DNA from: Pristiophorus japonicus
Lineage: Eukaryota
DNA length: 64,000 nt
Direction: 5' to 3'
Assembly (NCBI RefSeq): GCF_044704955.1
Contig: NC_091999.1
Location: 25,792,001 to 25,856,000 of the forward strand
Shown here: positions 12,343-24,169 of the stretch, piece by piece
Layout: each line of letters begins with the position of its first letter
Position numbering within the stretch: position 1 is the stretch's first letter
Notes under the pieces: model-generated
Told to the model about the DNA's origin: nothing
Database searches by the model: none
Seen by the model: the letters and a program-made list of their open reading frames with translations, nothing else
Translations under genes and position numbers: made by a program

Positions 12343-13079
12343 CTGGGAAGGAATGGCCCATTGAACAAGTTAGACTCTGTAATCCGTGCTTATAAAAGAA
12401 ATAAACAAATCGAAATTTGACTGCAGAATAAACTAATTCCACCATTTCTCCATCAAAGGCGACACGGGCATTTGAGCTTTGTCAGTTCTATCGTAAGCAC
12501 CTGTCAAGGCGCTGGTCAGGAACGCACCACTCTATCACCGAGCTCTATCACATTACACAACAAGAACCTTTACACAACTCGTCAATAAAGAAGCCTTCAT
12601 TGGATCATGCAATAGCAGAACAGAGACGTGTTCCTGTTATTTCGGCCTGCATTTATTTCTCAATGAGCACCATTTCTTGTCCTTTATTTAATTGCAGTTT
12701 GGGGAAATTTGCTCTGTGCACATTGCCTGTGGTGTATCCCTACAAAACAACAGTGACTGCACTTCAAAGGAGCAGCGGAATTCCTGCTTAGGACGTTAGC
12801 AAAATACCCTCCAAACTTGGCTACCACATAATTCAACAGGTAGCATTTCCATAGTCTAGTTTCTAAGATGCAAGTTGTAAATGAACCGTGATTGAGTCGA
12901 ATGTCTTCCTTATTTTCTCAGCATTTGAGTGAGAGCGATGTCCTTCAGCGCACTGTGATCTGAGCTCTATTCCATCCAATTATATGCATGTCTCTTGAGT
13001 AGCCTGCTTCCTGCCACTCAATTAATAATCCGAATAAAATACCATTCCAAAATCCGCTTAATTTGAAGTTTACTTCTTA

Positions 13080-14010
13080 AATGGCCCGTTTCAATTCCCA
13101 TTGTTGTTCTTGTTATATAACAATGACATGGACTTGGTTACAGGGAATACAATTTCGAAGTTCAAAAATGATACAAAACCTGGCAACGCAGCCAATAGTG
13201 AGCATGATAGCAGCAGACTCCATGAGGAGACAGATGGACCAGTGAAATAGGCTGGGACATGGCAATTGCAATTAAATGCGAATCATTGAGAAGCGATGCA
13301 CATTGGGTGGAAGTTGGAGAGGCAGTATTATCTAAATAGTATTGTTTTGAGGGGATGCACGAATAGAGAGATCTGGATGTACATATTCACAAATCTTTGA
13401 AGAGGGCAGGGCAAACTGGTAAGGCTGTTAGGAAAGCGTATGGGATACTTGACTTTGTAAATGGGGCATTGACTACAAAAACAAGGCGGTTATGCTAAGC
13501 TTACAGATCACGTGTTAGGCCTCAGCTGGACTATTGCGTACAATTTTGTCACCACAATGTAGGAAGGATGTCAAGCACTTGGGGAGCGTAGAGGGGAGAC
13601 TTTTACCTGGATGATGCCAGGGATGGGGTCTTCAGTTATGTGGAGAGATTGGAGAAGCTAGAATATTCTCCTTAGAGCAGAGGTTAAGAGGAGACCTAAG
13701 AGAGATATTCAACATTATGTCAGGTTTTGATATACCAAGTCGGGAGAAATTGTTCCGCTGGAAAGTAGGTGGGTAACCAAATGTCGCCGTTTTAAAATAA
13801 TTGTGAAAAGATCAGAAGGTGAAATTAAGGTGTTTTTTTCACACAGAGGGTTGGTAATTTCAGGAATGCACAAGGCAGTATCTCCAGTACGTCAGGAGGA
13901 CTCATTTGCACGTTTACAATGTAAACTCTGGGGAGTTGGACTAAATTGGACAGCCTTTCAGAGCCGGCACAGGCACGATGCCTGAATGGCCTCTTCCAAT
14001 GCTGTGAGAT
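13080..14010 (+). mobile_element. Decayed CR1 RT/3' fragment in the J-C intron
   Basis: Remnants of ISKF.DDTKL, RPQLDYCVQF and the gaatggcctc 3' UTR. Confidence 0.7.
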
Positions 14011-14744
14011 GCTATCAGTCTACACGAGTGAGTGGGAACAGTTCTTCTAGATTTCATGGAAGGAAACACTTCATATTTTGGACACCTATACCAGATCTAT
14101 TTTTATTGTTCGTTATAATAAAAGAGGATATTTAAAATAAAGGGATCTTATAAATCTGACGCAAATTAGTCAATCACATGCTGTTAGAAAGGCTTAAATT
14201 CATTGCGAATGATGACTTATTGCAGGTTGACTCTCTCTCTTTAAATGTTTCACAGAATTGCAGCTCAGTGACTGTGTGCCTTGTGTTGTGACCCAGGCCA
14301 ATAGCTGCATCTCGTCACAGTTTGTCCCTGCCTTTAACCTTCTCAGGAAGAATTGGACAACATAATTTTTCTAAACATGAGGTCCCCATGACGGTTATTT
14401 GAAATGGGAGTCTCGATATTCTCTATTTTAATTGTGGAAATAACTTGTAACCTCCCATCAGATCAGAACAGGCGCTGCTTTCTGGAGCGTTATTCACTTC
14501 CTGAACCTGTTTGTTCTGAAAGTGAGCTGAAGATCAGGCCAATCATGTTCATTAGTAATCTGATGCTCAAAATGTTCAAACATTAATAACTCATTAAAAA
14601 TTGGGCATTTTTTCAGAAAGAATATAAACATCAAAGAATGTGCGCTTTTTAATCTGGGCAATGGGACGAATTATTGTATATATCTGGCACGAGCAGTTTA
14701 TCTGCTATCTGTTCGTCGCAGATAACGATGCCTAGAACACTGCC

Positions 14745-15255
14745 TGACCAAGCACTCTCAGGTCAGATACAGCACGGATAAGAGAGCAAAGCTCCCGCTA
14801 TGCTGCCGTGTGGGTCAGGACAGGTATAGCAAGTGTTGCACACAGAGTAATATGTTATCTATACTATCTCGTCAAACATTCCCAGCTCAAGTACTGCAGA
14901 GATGTGCTACGAAATGTCTTCCCTTAAAATGCGTTATCAAATTGACCGATTAATTAAGCACAATTATGACGAGTACAATGAAAAGCTTCCAATACACTGT
15001 CCCATTAAAGCGCACCACCCCTCCAAAGCTCTGATTAAATAGAAGATCATTCTATATTGAAGGACCCAATTAAGTTCCACGTCCTTGTAAAGAAAAGGTT
15101 AAAGACTGATTAAAGCTATCTCTGCAATGTCCCATCAAGCATTGCCAGATAAGATAACGCACGGGTTAGTTGCAGAGTAAAGCTGTCATATCAAACACTG
15201 TCAGGGCAGGTACAACCGGGTTAGAAACTGATTAAAGCTCCTTCGACTGTCTCCC
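14745..15255. repeat. Degenerate tandem repeat of about 65 bp (cccatcaaacactcccagggcaggtacagcacggg...gagtaaagctc family)
   Basis: Recurrent aaagct / cccat / caggtaca motifs; same family as 28055-28402. Confidence 0.6.
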
Positions 15256-18200
15256 CGTGGTGTTTCAGAACTGCTCCTTCTGACTGTCACAATCTGGATT
15301 ACTGATCTCATCTCTACGGCGACTCCTCAACCTTAAAGTCAATCTTTCCCGTTTCTCACATATACCAGTTTCTTAAATAACTAAATTAAGTGACACTCCC
15401 CGCAATACAGGATCACAACCCAGAAGGTTTACAACCCGTCAGGAGGACTCCTGATTCTCACCCAGTGAGCAGGCGCACAGAAACAGAACAGACACAAACG
15501 GTGCAACAAGGGTGCTCTAGGCAGAGAGAGACCAGTTCAATCTGTTAATTTCAATGAAGCTGTTTGATTTCTAGTTTATTTCTTGTCAATTTCCAACCAC
15601 CTCAACGCTGCAGATTCTTTGAAATTAATCTGATATTAATTTGAGAGACTCTTCAACATCCAGCCATTTCCCCATCTCTGTCAACTATCTTGTAAACCGT
15701 GTAAAGATTAACTTCCCTGAAAGCAAGTATCTGCAAATAATTCATATTCCACGGGAATTTTCTGCCCGTCACACGGGTCTCGGTGACAGAGAAAGAATGT
15801 CACAATCCAGGAGACATATCCAGTGATACCTAATCACCCACTGATTTTATATGTTTTCGTCAGTAAATATAACCTGTAAAATCATCGTGGCAAAACAGGA
15901 AATTAATTCACTAAAATCTGCAGCGACACCTTGTCGAACTCAGCACAGCCGAGTTATCAATGCATTGTTTTCTAAATTAATTTATGAATGAATTAAACAT
16001 TATCTCCAACGCATGAAATTTTGCAATAATTGTAATACTGACCAGTATGCAACACAATTGTAAGGGCTCGCTTATGTTTTAATGAATTAGCACTGATGTT
16101 ACATTCTAATTTAATGTTCATGTTAGCTGAATATTGAAAATAATCTGAGTGCCAGTCTGGCCCTTCCGCCTCAGAAGCATACCTACCTGGAACTTTTGAA
16201 ATTAAATTAATGTGCTTGAATTTCAGCCATACAAATACAAGTAATTATTAATAATTCTAAAACCTTTTCTGCCTGATAACTTGTGATATATTATGGTTTA
16301 CTTAACTTACCATAACAATTAATCAATATTAAAATATTAAGCAGCATATTAATACATAACTACTCAGAAATATACCTTATTTTTACTTAAATGGAATCAA
16401 ACTTGAATAATTGACAATAATCACGCAGTTCAACTATTGTCCCGCTCTCGACCGACACCTTTTTAAAATCTGCATTTTTCTAATATAGCATAAACTGCGT
16501 CTATTCGCAGAGAACATTTCACATGATGGATTTGGGGGTGGACTAATTTAAATAGTTCTCTGTCCAGCCGGGGTCACAACTCCGATGGGCTGTAAACCGC
16601 TTGTTTACTAATGCTGGAATCTCGAGCTGAAATATTCTCCTCAATCTTAAACCCCAAAAATGGTTTTATTAATTAAAATCCATCCTTGCAGTTTGCAGTC
16701 AGTAGCAGAGCCTCCGCTACTTAATAACACAGACAATCTTTTAACGTTCATAGAAACATAGAAAATAGCTGCAGGAGTAGGCCATTCGGCCCTTCGCGCC
16801 TGCACCGCCATTCAATGAGTTCATGGCTGAACACTCCAGTTATTCACAAAATGCCCGTAAGTTAATGATTAAATATATTCTGCTACTTCTTGAAAATAGT
16901 TTCCAGAATGGTCAGTGTAAAACTAGAGGAGAACAATTCATTCAGACCATCTGGGGCACTGAAACTGAATGAGCAAATGGAGGAGAGACATTGTTCATCA
17001 ATTTAATATTAATACGAATTAAACATAGCTCTCAGATATGATTTGTGCTTTGTCTACCGTTCTATTCCGCATACAGCAGCGTTTTGGGAGATAGGATTTT
17101 GTTTGAAATTTAAAATGAGATGAACCTTTTGTAAGTAAATTAATCTGCTTGAATTTCAATGGATTATTTGCTGTCTCCAGCCATACGCAGTCGGAACCTG
17201 CCTTGAATTTCAATATAATTACATGAACAATTCTTTGACTGCCAGCGACGCCTGTCTCTCAGCTTTTGTTCTTGCAAAGTGTTCAAGATTAACTTAGTGA
17301 TAATTCTATCAAACAACACACAATATTGATTCAATAACAAATTTCTGCTACACAGTGAGAATGTCATACCCCGGCAGATAGATTAAATTGACAAAATGGA
17401 ATTTGCAACACGGCTTTAAGTTATAATTAATTGCACTCAGTCATTCATCTGTGTAAACAGGAGGTAGCAAGTAATTGAACTCCCGACTCAAACTGAACAC
17501 AGCGGTGGAATCAGTATGTTGTTAATGAAATAATTGCAGGCATAATTAATAACTGTATCCAGCCTCTAAAAGTTTCTGCTTCCCTTAATGGTGCCCAGTG
17601 TAGAGCAGGATTTTTGAAGGCGAATAATATTAAGTAAATGAACATTGGACTTATAGCATATTTGAATAACATTCAGAGATATTATTGCATTATAATCGGT
17701 TGGTTAATAGTAATTTAATCCAACTACAACCTGAATAAGTTAATTATGTAGATGGCAACTAGTTACATTTCACATATTAATATACCAGCATCGTCAACAT
17801 AGATTAATAGTTGAATATATAATTATCACTTCAATAATTGTGATGTTAAAATACCTTTCAATAATTTCTGATGTCTAAACCCGTCCTGTTCTTTGCCTAC
17901 CGACTGTTTTCAAACAGTTTCAAAATACATATCGTGTTTGGATTCGATCAGAAACCTGCTGCTGTCACCGATATTAAACATTGTAGAAACGCCAAACAGT
18001 TTCACAAATTCTAGGTATTCTGAGTAACACAGGCACAAACTCTCCTCAGCAGATCAACACTAAATCACATCGCTGAGGGGCGGAATCCCTCGACAGAACC
18101 TTTCATGGAGCAGATCCGTAATTCTATAAACCCTTTCAGCAGAATCAAATGTATCATTGCAAAAAATCTCATTACACAATCACCAAACCCGCCTAACACT

Positions 18201-18889
18201 GAAATAACGAAAGATTGAATTCAACAGAAATATAAAATACTGACAGAGAATTGTGATTGGACGGATCATGTTAAATACATTAATTTTGATATTATAGCGT
18301 ATTTCAATAATAATTGGTGATATTACTACGTTATAATAATGTTAATTTAAATGTGTTCCAGCTGGAAATATGTTAATTTTTCAGTTCTTAATTACAACTC
18401 ACGTATTGAATCTGATCATTCGGGAACATTCGGTCAGTAGATGACAATGTAATTTTCATGAAAAAACTTAAAAGACCTTAAGGTTATTTACTGACCTCTA
18501 AGCTCTCTGTTTTGTGCCTACAATGTTCTTTTAAACACATTCAAACACAATGTTTGCATTCGATCAGAAAAACTGCAGCAATCAGAGGTCACCAAGATTA
18601 AACATTGCAGAAACGTCAAACAGTGTAATAATCATAAGGTATTTAAAGTAACCTCGACACACAGTCTCATCAGCAAATAAATACCAAATCACATGAACAA
18701 CATTTTCTGTGGAGAAACAGTTGAATCCTATAATCACTTTGCAGCAGAATCACATTGATAATTGCAAAAAATCTCAAAACAAAATCCACCGGACCCAAGT
18801 TTCAGTGAACGAAATAATTATTAAAATAAACAGAAATATAAAATAAAGACACAAATACAAGTGTTACTGAATCAGTGAATGCTCCTTAT

Positions 18890-18939
18890 CTGCAGTCACC
18901 GTCACCATGGTTCCTTGTCCCCAGTAGCCAATTGCGTAA
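18890..18939 (-). pseudogene. IGHJ: IgH JH segment, probably germline-fused to D2 (D2J)
   Basis: Reads YAIGYWGQGTMVTVTA (WGxG motif); the splice donor is mutated (GCAG|ATAAGG instead of GTAAGG). Confidence 0.92.
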
Positions 18940-18967
18940 CAGAGTGAGACACGTTGTGTCAAATACT
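18940..18967 (+). other. 12-bp-spacer RSS 5' of the D2/JH segment (degenerate)
   Basis: Heptamer CAGAGTG (18940-18946), 12-nt spacer, nonamer TCAAATACT (18959-18967, 6/9 match to ACAAAAACC). No nonamer-like sequence at 22/23-nt spacing. Confidence 0.65.
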
Positions 18968-19285
18968 CCGGCGGACTGTTAACTGTAAAATACAGAGATT
19001 AAATTCCACCCAGCTCTAAAAACCCGATTCCGACTATCGTAAGAGTGAATCAGCGAGATATTTCATTTTGTACCGTTCATTATATTTAAAAAATGATTGG
19101 AATACTTCTGAAGCATCTGTGCATGTTCAACATGGCAATCAATAGTAATAAAGAAGAAAACAGTTATACATTTAAATATATATATATATATATAACTTAT
19201 TTCTAATTATTTTTATTTAAGCCTCAGTTCCTTCGACGCTCCTGGCGTGGTAATGGTCGCAGGTATGAGCAAACTCCCTGTCTGG

Positions 19286-19323
19286 GGTTTTTGTATGTAG
19301 AGCTCGCTCTGTATTGCACCGTG
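19286..19323 (-). other. 22-bp-spacer RSS 3' of the fused VH-D1
   Basis: CACGGTG + CAATACAGAGCGAGCTCTACAT (22 nt) + perfect nonamer ACAAAAACC. Confidence 0.95.
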
Positions 19324-19343
19324 ACCCACTCCCGTAGTCCTTC
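19324..19343 (-). other. D1-like sequence plus junctional nucleotides fused to VH
   Basis: About 20 extra nt (GAAGGACTACGGGAGTGGGT) lie between TGTGCAAG and the heptamer; the G-rich ACTAC...AGTGGGT core resembles shark IgM D1 as I recall it. Confidence 0.75.
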
Positions 19344-19643
19344 CTTGCACAGTAATAGATGGCGGTGTCTTCGCTCCTCATGTTCTTCATGTCCAACGTG
19401 AAGATGTTGTTTGAAGTGTCTTTGGACGCAGTAAATCGGCTCTCAATCCCTGGGACGTCATTGTTGCTCGCTGGAGTGTAGTAGTAAACCAGCCACTCCA
19501 GCTCCTGTGCGGGAACCTTGCGGACCCAGTTCATGCCATAGCCGCTAAGATCGAACCCGCTGGTTTACAGGTCAGTCTCAGGGAGCCTCAGGAAATCCTG
19601 GTCTTTGCCTCGGGCTGAGTCAACACCACATCCGACTGGACAC
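19344..19643 (-). pseudogene. IGHV: IgM-type VH exon
   Basis: [26 protein letters not shown], 1-nt deletion, [73 protein letters not shown]; TGA at 19588-19590; tttacag acceptor. Confidence 0.95.
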
Positions 19644-19771
19644 CTGTAAAAATAATCAAAATACCCCGAGGATCAATCCTCGAGAAATGATTCCTGACTC
19701 TGTAAAATTCCATAGAGAGACTATCACTGAGACAGTAACAATGAGAGAATTGGACAATAAAAACTACTCAC

Positions 19772-19817
19772 GGGAAAGTAAAGCCAGCAACAGAACGAAA
19801 GCAATCGCCGACCTCAT
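19772..19817 (-). pseudogene. IGHV: VH leader exon
   Basis: MRSAIAFVLLLALLS plus 1 nt, then a GTGAGT donor; 128-bp intron to the V exon. Confidence 0.93.
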
Positions 19818-19904
19818 CCTCCTGGCAATGTGTGGTGACTCTTTCCGGCAAGAACTCACTGAGCAAACCCACTCCCAGACTGTTGTACTGCGCTCCCAGT
19901 GGCC

Positions 19905-19992
19905 GGCAGCTAAATACCGGGAGATGGGGGCGAAGTTAAAGGCGCCACCCATTGATTCCCTGATAGAAGCGGTTTCTGGATCCACGTCACTC
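19905..19992 (-). promoter_or_regulatory. VH promoter: TATA-like TATTTA and CRE-type decamer AGTGACGTGG
   Basis: TATTTA about 95 bp and AGTGACGTGG about 170 bp upstream of the ATG; no ATGCAAAT octamer nearby. Confidence 0.55.
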
Positions 19993-21525
19993 TTTCCACA
20001 TCACCAACAGAATGGACTCACATCTGGACTGTAAATTAAATCCCTTTATTGCTCACTCTTTCACAGGGGATGTAAATCTTTGAGATTGAATTACATTATC
20101 AGGATCTAAAGACACGGCCAGTTTGTGCTTTTACATCTCCCGCTATCTATCCATGCAACTGTACCAGTAAAGTATCCCCTATAATCTGAATTGATATCAC
20201 TCTATGTACCCGAGTGCGGTAGATGGGTAATGTGATTCTATTTACAGTGTACTTGGCTGAAGCTACACTTTTGTTCTGGAGATGAGATCATACTCCTCAC
20301 ATTATACAATTGTCTCTCACTGCATTTCACTAACTGCCCCTGAGTCTGTGACTCTAAGACAGCCGTTTGTAAATTTAGCTGTAAAATAAGTCCGCTTGTC
20401 TGATGATTAAGGAGTGAGTTGACGAAGACACATAAGAAAGTGGGGCCCGCCCGCTTCAGACCAGCGTTTTATGAGAGAAGCTGGTGAATCAGAATCGATA
20501 ATGTGATCAGCAAACCTCGACATCCAAATCCTTGCAGCTAACTTTAATAGCGACCGAATGTGTAACAGACACGGGTAACAGGAACACGGTCTATCAGGAC
20601 ATACTGATATGTTACAGAATATCACAGGAATAAATGCTTCATCTCCAGCAGAAACAGATCACAATCTGGGCCTTTCACCACCCACTGGTAGCCGGGCTGT
20701 GAGAGGGCTTGTTCAGCGATCCAAATCAGTTCAAATTACACTGCACACTGCGCGGCTACTAATCACGAATAATGGAGACATTAGTTTAGACCAGGCGCGA
20801 AATTCTGTGAGAATATTAAAGAAGTGCAGCTGGCACTTCTCTGTGAGAATATTCAAGGCACTTCAACCTGTTTTAGTTACTTTGCGAATCCCACTCATCT
20901 CATTACAGTGTGGGGTGAGGACATTAAACCTCTCTCCAGCACTTCATGCTGTACTGAATAAATCGACTGAAAGATTTAGAATGGTCTTTATTTGGAAATA
21001 GTTTTCATTAGGTACCGTGTGGATCAATTCATTATTTTCCGATACTGTTTTGTAATATTGTGAGCATGCAATTTACGTAAAATCATTCTTGAGATGTTAT
21101 ACTATGTAAAATGTTTCTTATTTTAAAAGTTCGACTGAATAATGTAATATTTAAATAGTTAAATACCATCTTTCTCTCATTCTTGTTCACGCTAATCTGA
21201 CCCGCACAATATTTGGCAGTAACCCAACCGACTGCCGTCAGCGAGCCTCGAACACCAGTGTCATTTTCAGGAAGCATCTGGGGTTCTGTGCACTCCATCA
21301 AAGGTCACTTTTCGCTCTACTGACCGCATGCCTGGAAGCCAACTTCAAAACATTTACGTTGTGAAAAGACCTATTTATATACACATCTACCCAATAACAG
21401 AACTGGTGTTAAGTAAAATGTTTTCGTTGTGTAAATGTGTGTAACTATTCACATATTGCAGGAAAGGAAATATATCCAAAGTCTCAGACATCATGTCAGT
21501 AGCAGCAGTCAGCTGGAGTATCAGT

Positions 21526-21938
21526 NNNNNNNNNNNNNNNNNNNNNNNNNNNNNNNNNNNNNNNNNNNNNNNNNNNNNNNNNNNNNNNNNNNNNNNNNNN
21601 NNNNNNNNNNNNNNNNNNNNNNNNNNNNNNNNNNNNNNNNNNNNNNNNNNNNNNNNNNNNNNNNNNNNNNNNNNNNNNNNNNNNNNNNNNNNNNNNNNNN
21701 NNNNNNNNNNNNNNNNNNNNNNNNNNNNNNNNNNNNNNNNNNNNNNNNNNNNNNNNNNNNNNNNNNNNNNNNNNNNNNNNNNNNNNNNNNNNNNNNNNNN
21801 NNNNNNNNNNNNNNNNNNNNNNNNNNNNNNNNNNNNNNNNNNNNNNNNNNNNNNNNNNNNNNNNNNNNNNNNNNNNNNNNNNNNNNNNNNNNNNNNNNNN
21901 NNNNNNNNNNNNNNNNNNNNNNNNNNNNNNNNNNNNNN
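21526..21938. other. Assembly gap
   Basis: N run. Confidence 1.
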
Positions 21939-23400
21939 AAAGGTCAGTGCTGGGTCCACTATTGTTCACAACTTATATTAAAATTTAGATTTTGGAGTCA
22001 AACACACAATATCTAAATTTTACCAATGCACTTGGGGCGGGCGGGTCGGCGTGTAAATACTGTGGAACACTGCAACTAATTAAAAGAATACACGAACTGA
22101 CTAATTAATTTCAACACAGACAAGTATGAGTTATTACAGTTTGGTGAGAAAAATAAGGAGGTCACTTATCACGTTTAAAATAAGAATCTATGTGGGATGG
22201 AGGAACACAGGTCTCTGAGAATGCAAATACACACATCACTAAAGGTAGCGACGCAGGTTAATAATGCTATAAAGAGAAGAACACCTACACTCGGGTTTAT
22301 TTCTAGAGGGATAAAATTGAAACGTGCAATAGTTATGCTGAACATGGTTAGACCACAGTTGACGTACTTTGTATAATTGACCAATCCCCCGCCATTTCCC
22401 TGAAGCCCTGCATATGTTTCCATTAAGATATGTGGATAGTGCAGGGAAGGGGAGTTGAGGTAGAACAGCAGCCATGATCCCGTTGAATGACGGAACAGGC
22501 TCGCTGAATCATATGGCCTACTCCTGCTCCCAATTCTTATGTTCTTATGTTGTGATTTCCGAGGAAATATGGACATTAGATACTCAATCTCTCCTGATAG
22601 AACAGCCTCACGCCCCCGCCGCCGTCCCAGGAATCAGATCAGTCTGATGAACCTGAGATGCACTCCCTCCAAGGCAAGTGCATCCTTCCTTAGATAAGGA
22701 GAACAAAACTGTACACGATACACCAGGTGTAGTCTCAGCAGAGCCCTATATACGTGCATGAAGGCTTCTTTTTTCTAATACTCCAATCCCTTTGCAATAA
22801 AATGTTGCTTACCATTTGCTTTCCGAATTGCTCACTTTGGCTCCATGTTAGCTTTCTGTGATTCGTGTACAAGGCCATCCAGGTCTTTCTGAATAACAAT
22901 ATTACCCAGTTTCTCAGCATTCAAAACATTTTCTGCATCTCTATTTATCCTACCAAAGTGCGTAACTTCACACTTCTCCACATTATACTCAAACTGCCAT
23001 GTTCATGCCCACTCACTTAACCTGTCAATATCCCTTTGCAGCCTCCTTACTTCTTCCTCACTGTTTACTGTCCCATCTACCTTTGTATTGTAAAGTACGC
23101 TAATTTAAGTCATCTTTCTATACACGTGTAGAAGCTCTAACAATCTGTTTGTAGATTTTGATAGCTTATTTAATTTTATATTTTCTCCCATATTATCAGT
23201 TGCATGTGCATCTTTTGCAGAATTCCAAAATCTTCCCAATTTTCGGGCTTACTACTCTTTTTGTCAACATTCCATGGCTGTTAATTTAATCTAATACGAT
23301 CTTTAACTTCCCTTGTTAGCCACGGTTGCACCATTTTTCCTCTGAGGTTTTTATTCATTATGGAAGTTTATCTAATCTGACGGCTCTGTATGATGAGCTG
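21939..23400. mobile_element. Decayed CR1 fragments: plus-strand 3' end to about 22550, then minus-strand pieces
   Basis: GSVLGPLLFT-encoding sequence at 21939; ttcttatgttcttatg tail at about 22535-22550; reverse-strand RT remnants from 22590. Confidence 0.7.
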
Positions 23401-24169
23401 AAGGTGAATTTGCAATAATAATTTGGCTAATTCCGCCCTTTATACTTCCTGATCATCTGCACCTCTTGTGGTTTGTTCTAAAAAAAATCCTCTGGGTAAA
23501 CGTTCAAGCAAGTTATTGTTGTGGGTGTTGTGAATCATGTTTGAAGTAAGCTCTGGAGCTTGCAGTAGATGTCGTTTATCAGCAGGTGGCGACAATGATC
23601 ATATTGATACATGAGTCATGTGGAGACGGATGTTGCTGAGCATTTCAGTCACCGTCCATTTTGTCAAAACAAGTAAAACAATATAATTAATGCTTCTCAG
23701 TCAGTCAAATTTGAAGGGAGCATGTATCCTTAGAAATAATCTGAAGGGCAAATAAAGATTGAATTTTTTTCAATCCAAATTTTAAGAAGATTGTCGGGCT
23801 CTTGTCGAGGAAGCAGAGAAGATTGGTGCAAGGCATGAGGGAGTTCAGTTTTCTGGAGACGAGAGAGGATGGGTTTATTCTTATTATAGCAGGGAATGCT
23901 TAGGGGAGAATTAACAGATGTTTTCAAAATTGTGAAGGGGTTTCATTGAGTTGATAGTAAGGTGGGGATTCTATCGGCAGGTCTATCGGTAACCAGAACA
24001 CAAAGATTAAGATGAATGAAAAAATAAATCCAGACGGGAGATAAGGAGATATTTTATGCAGCGAGTTGCAATAACCTGGAATGTAGTGTCTGAAAGGGTG
24101 ATGGCAGCAAATTTAATTATAACTTTCAAATAGGGAAATCAATATATATTTGAAAAGGAAAGATGATCT

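Noticed and set aside
18968-19285. Separate D segment between the two RSSs
   Set aside because: No heptamer pair visible; AT-rich spacer with a (TA)n run.
21387-22016. ORFs spanning X runs (also at 54-57 kb)
   Set aside because: Artefacts of N gaps.
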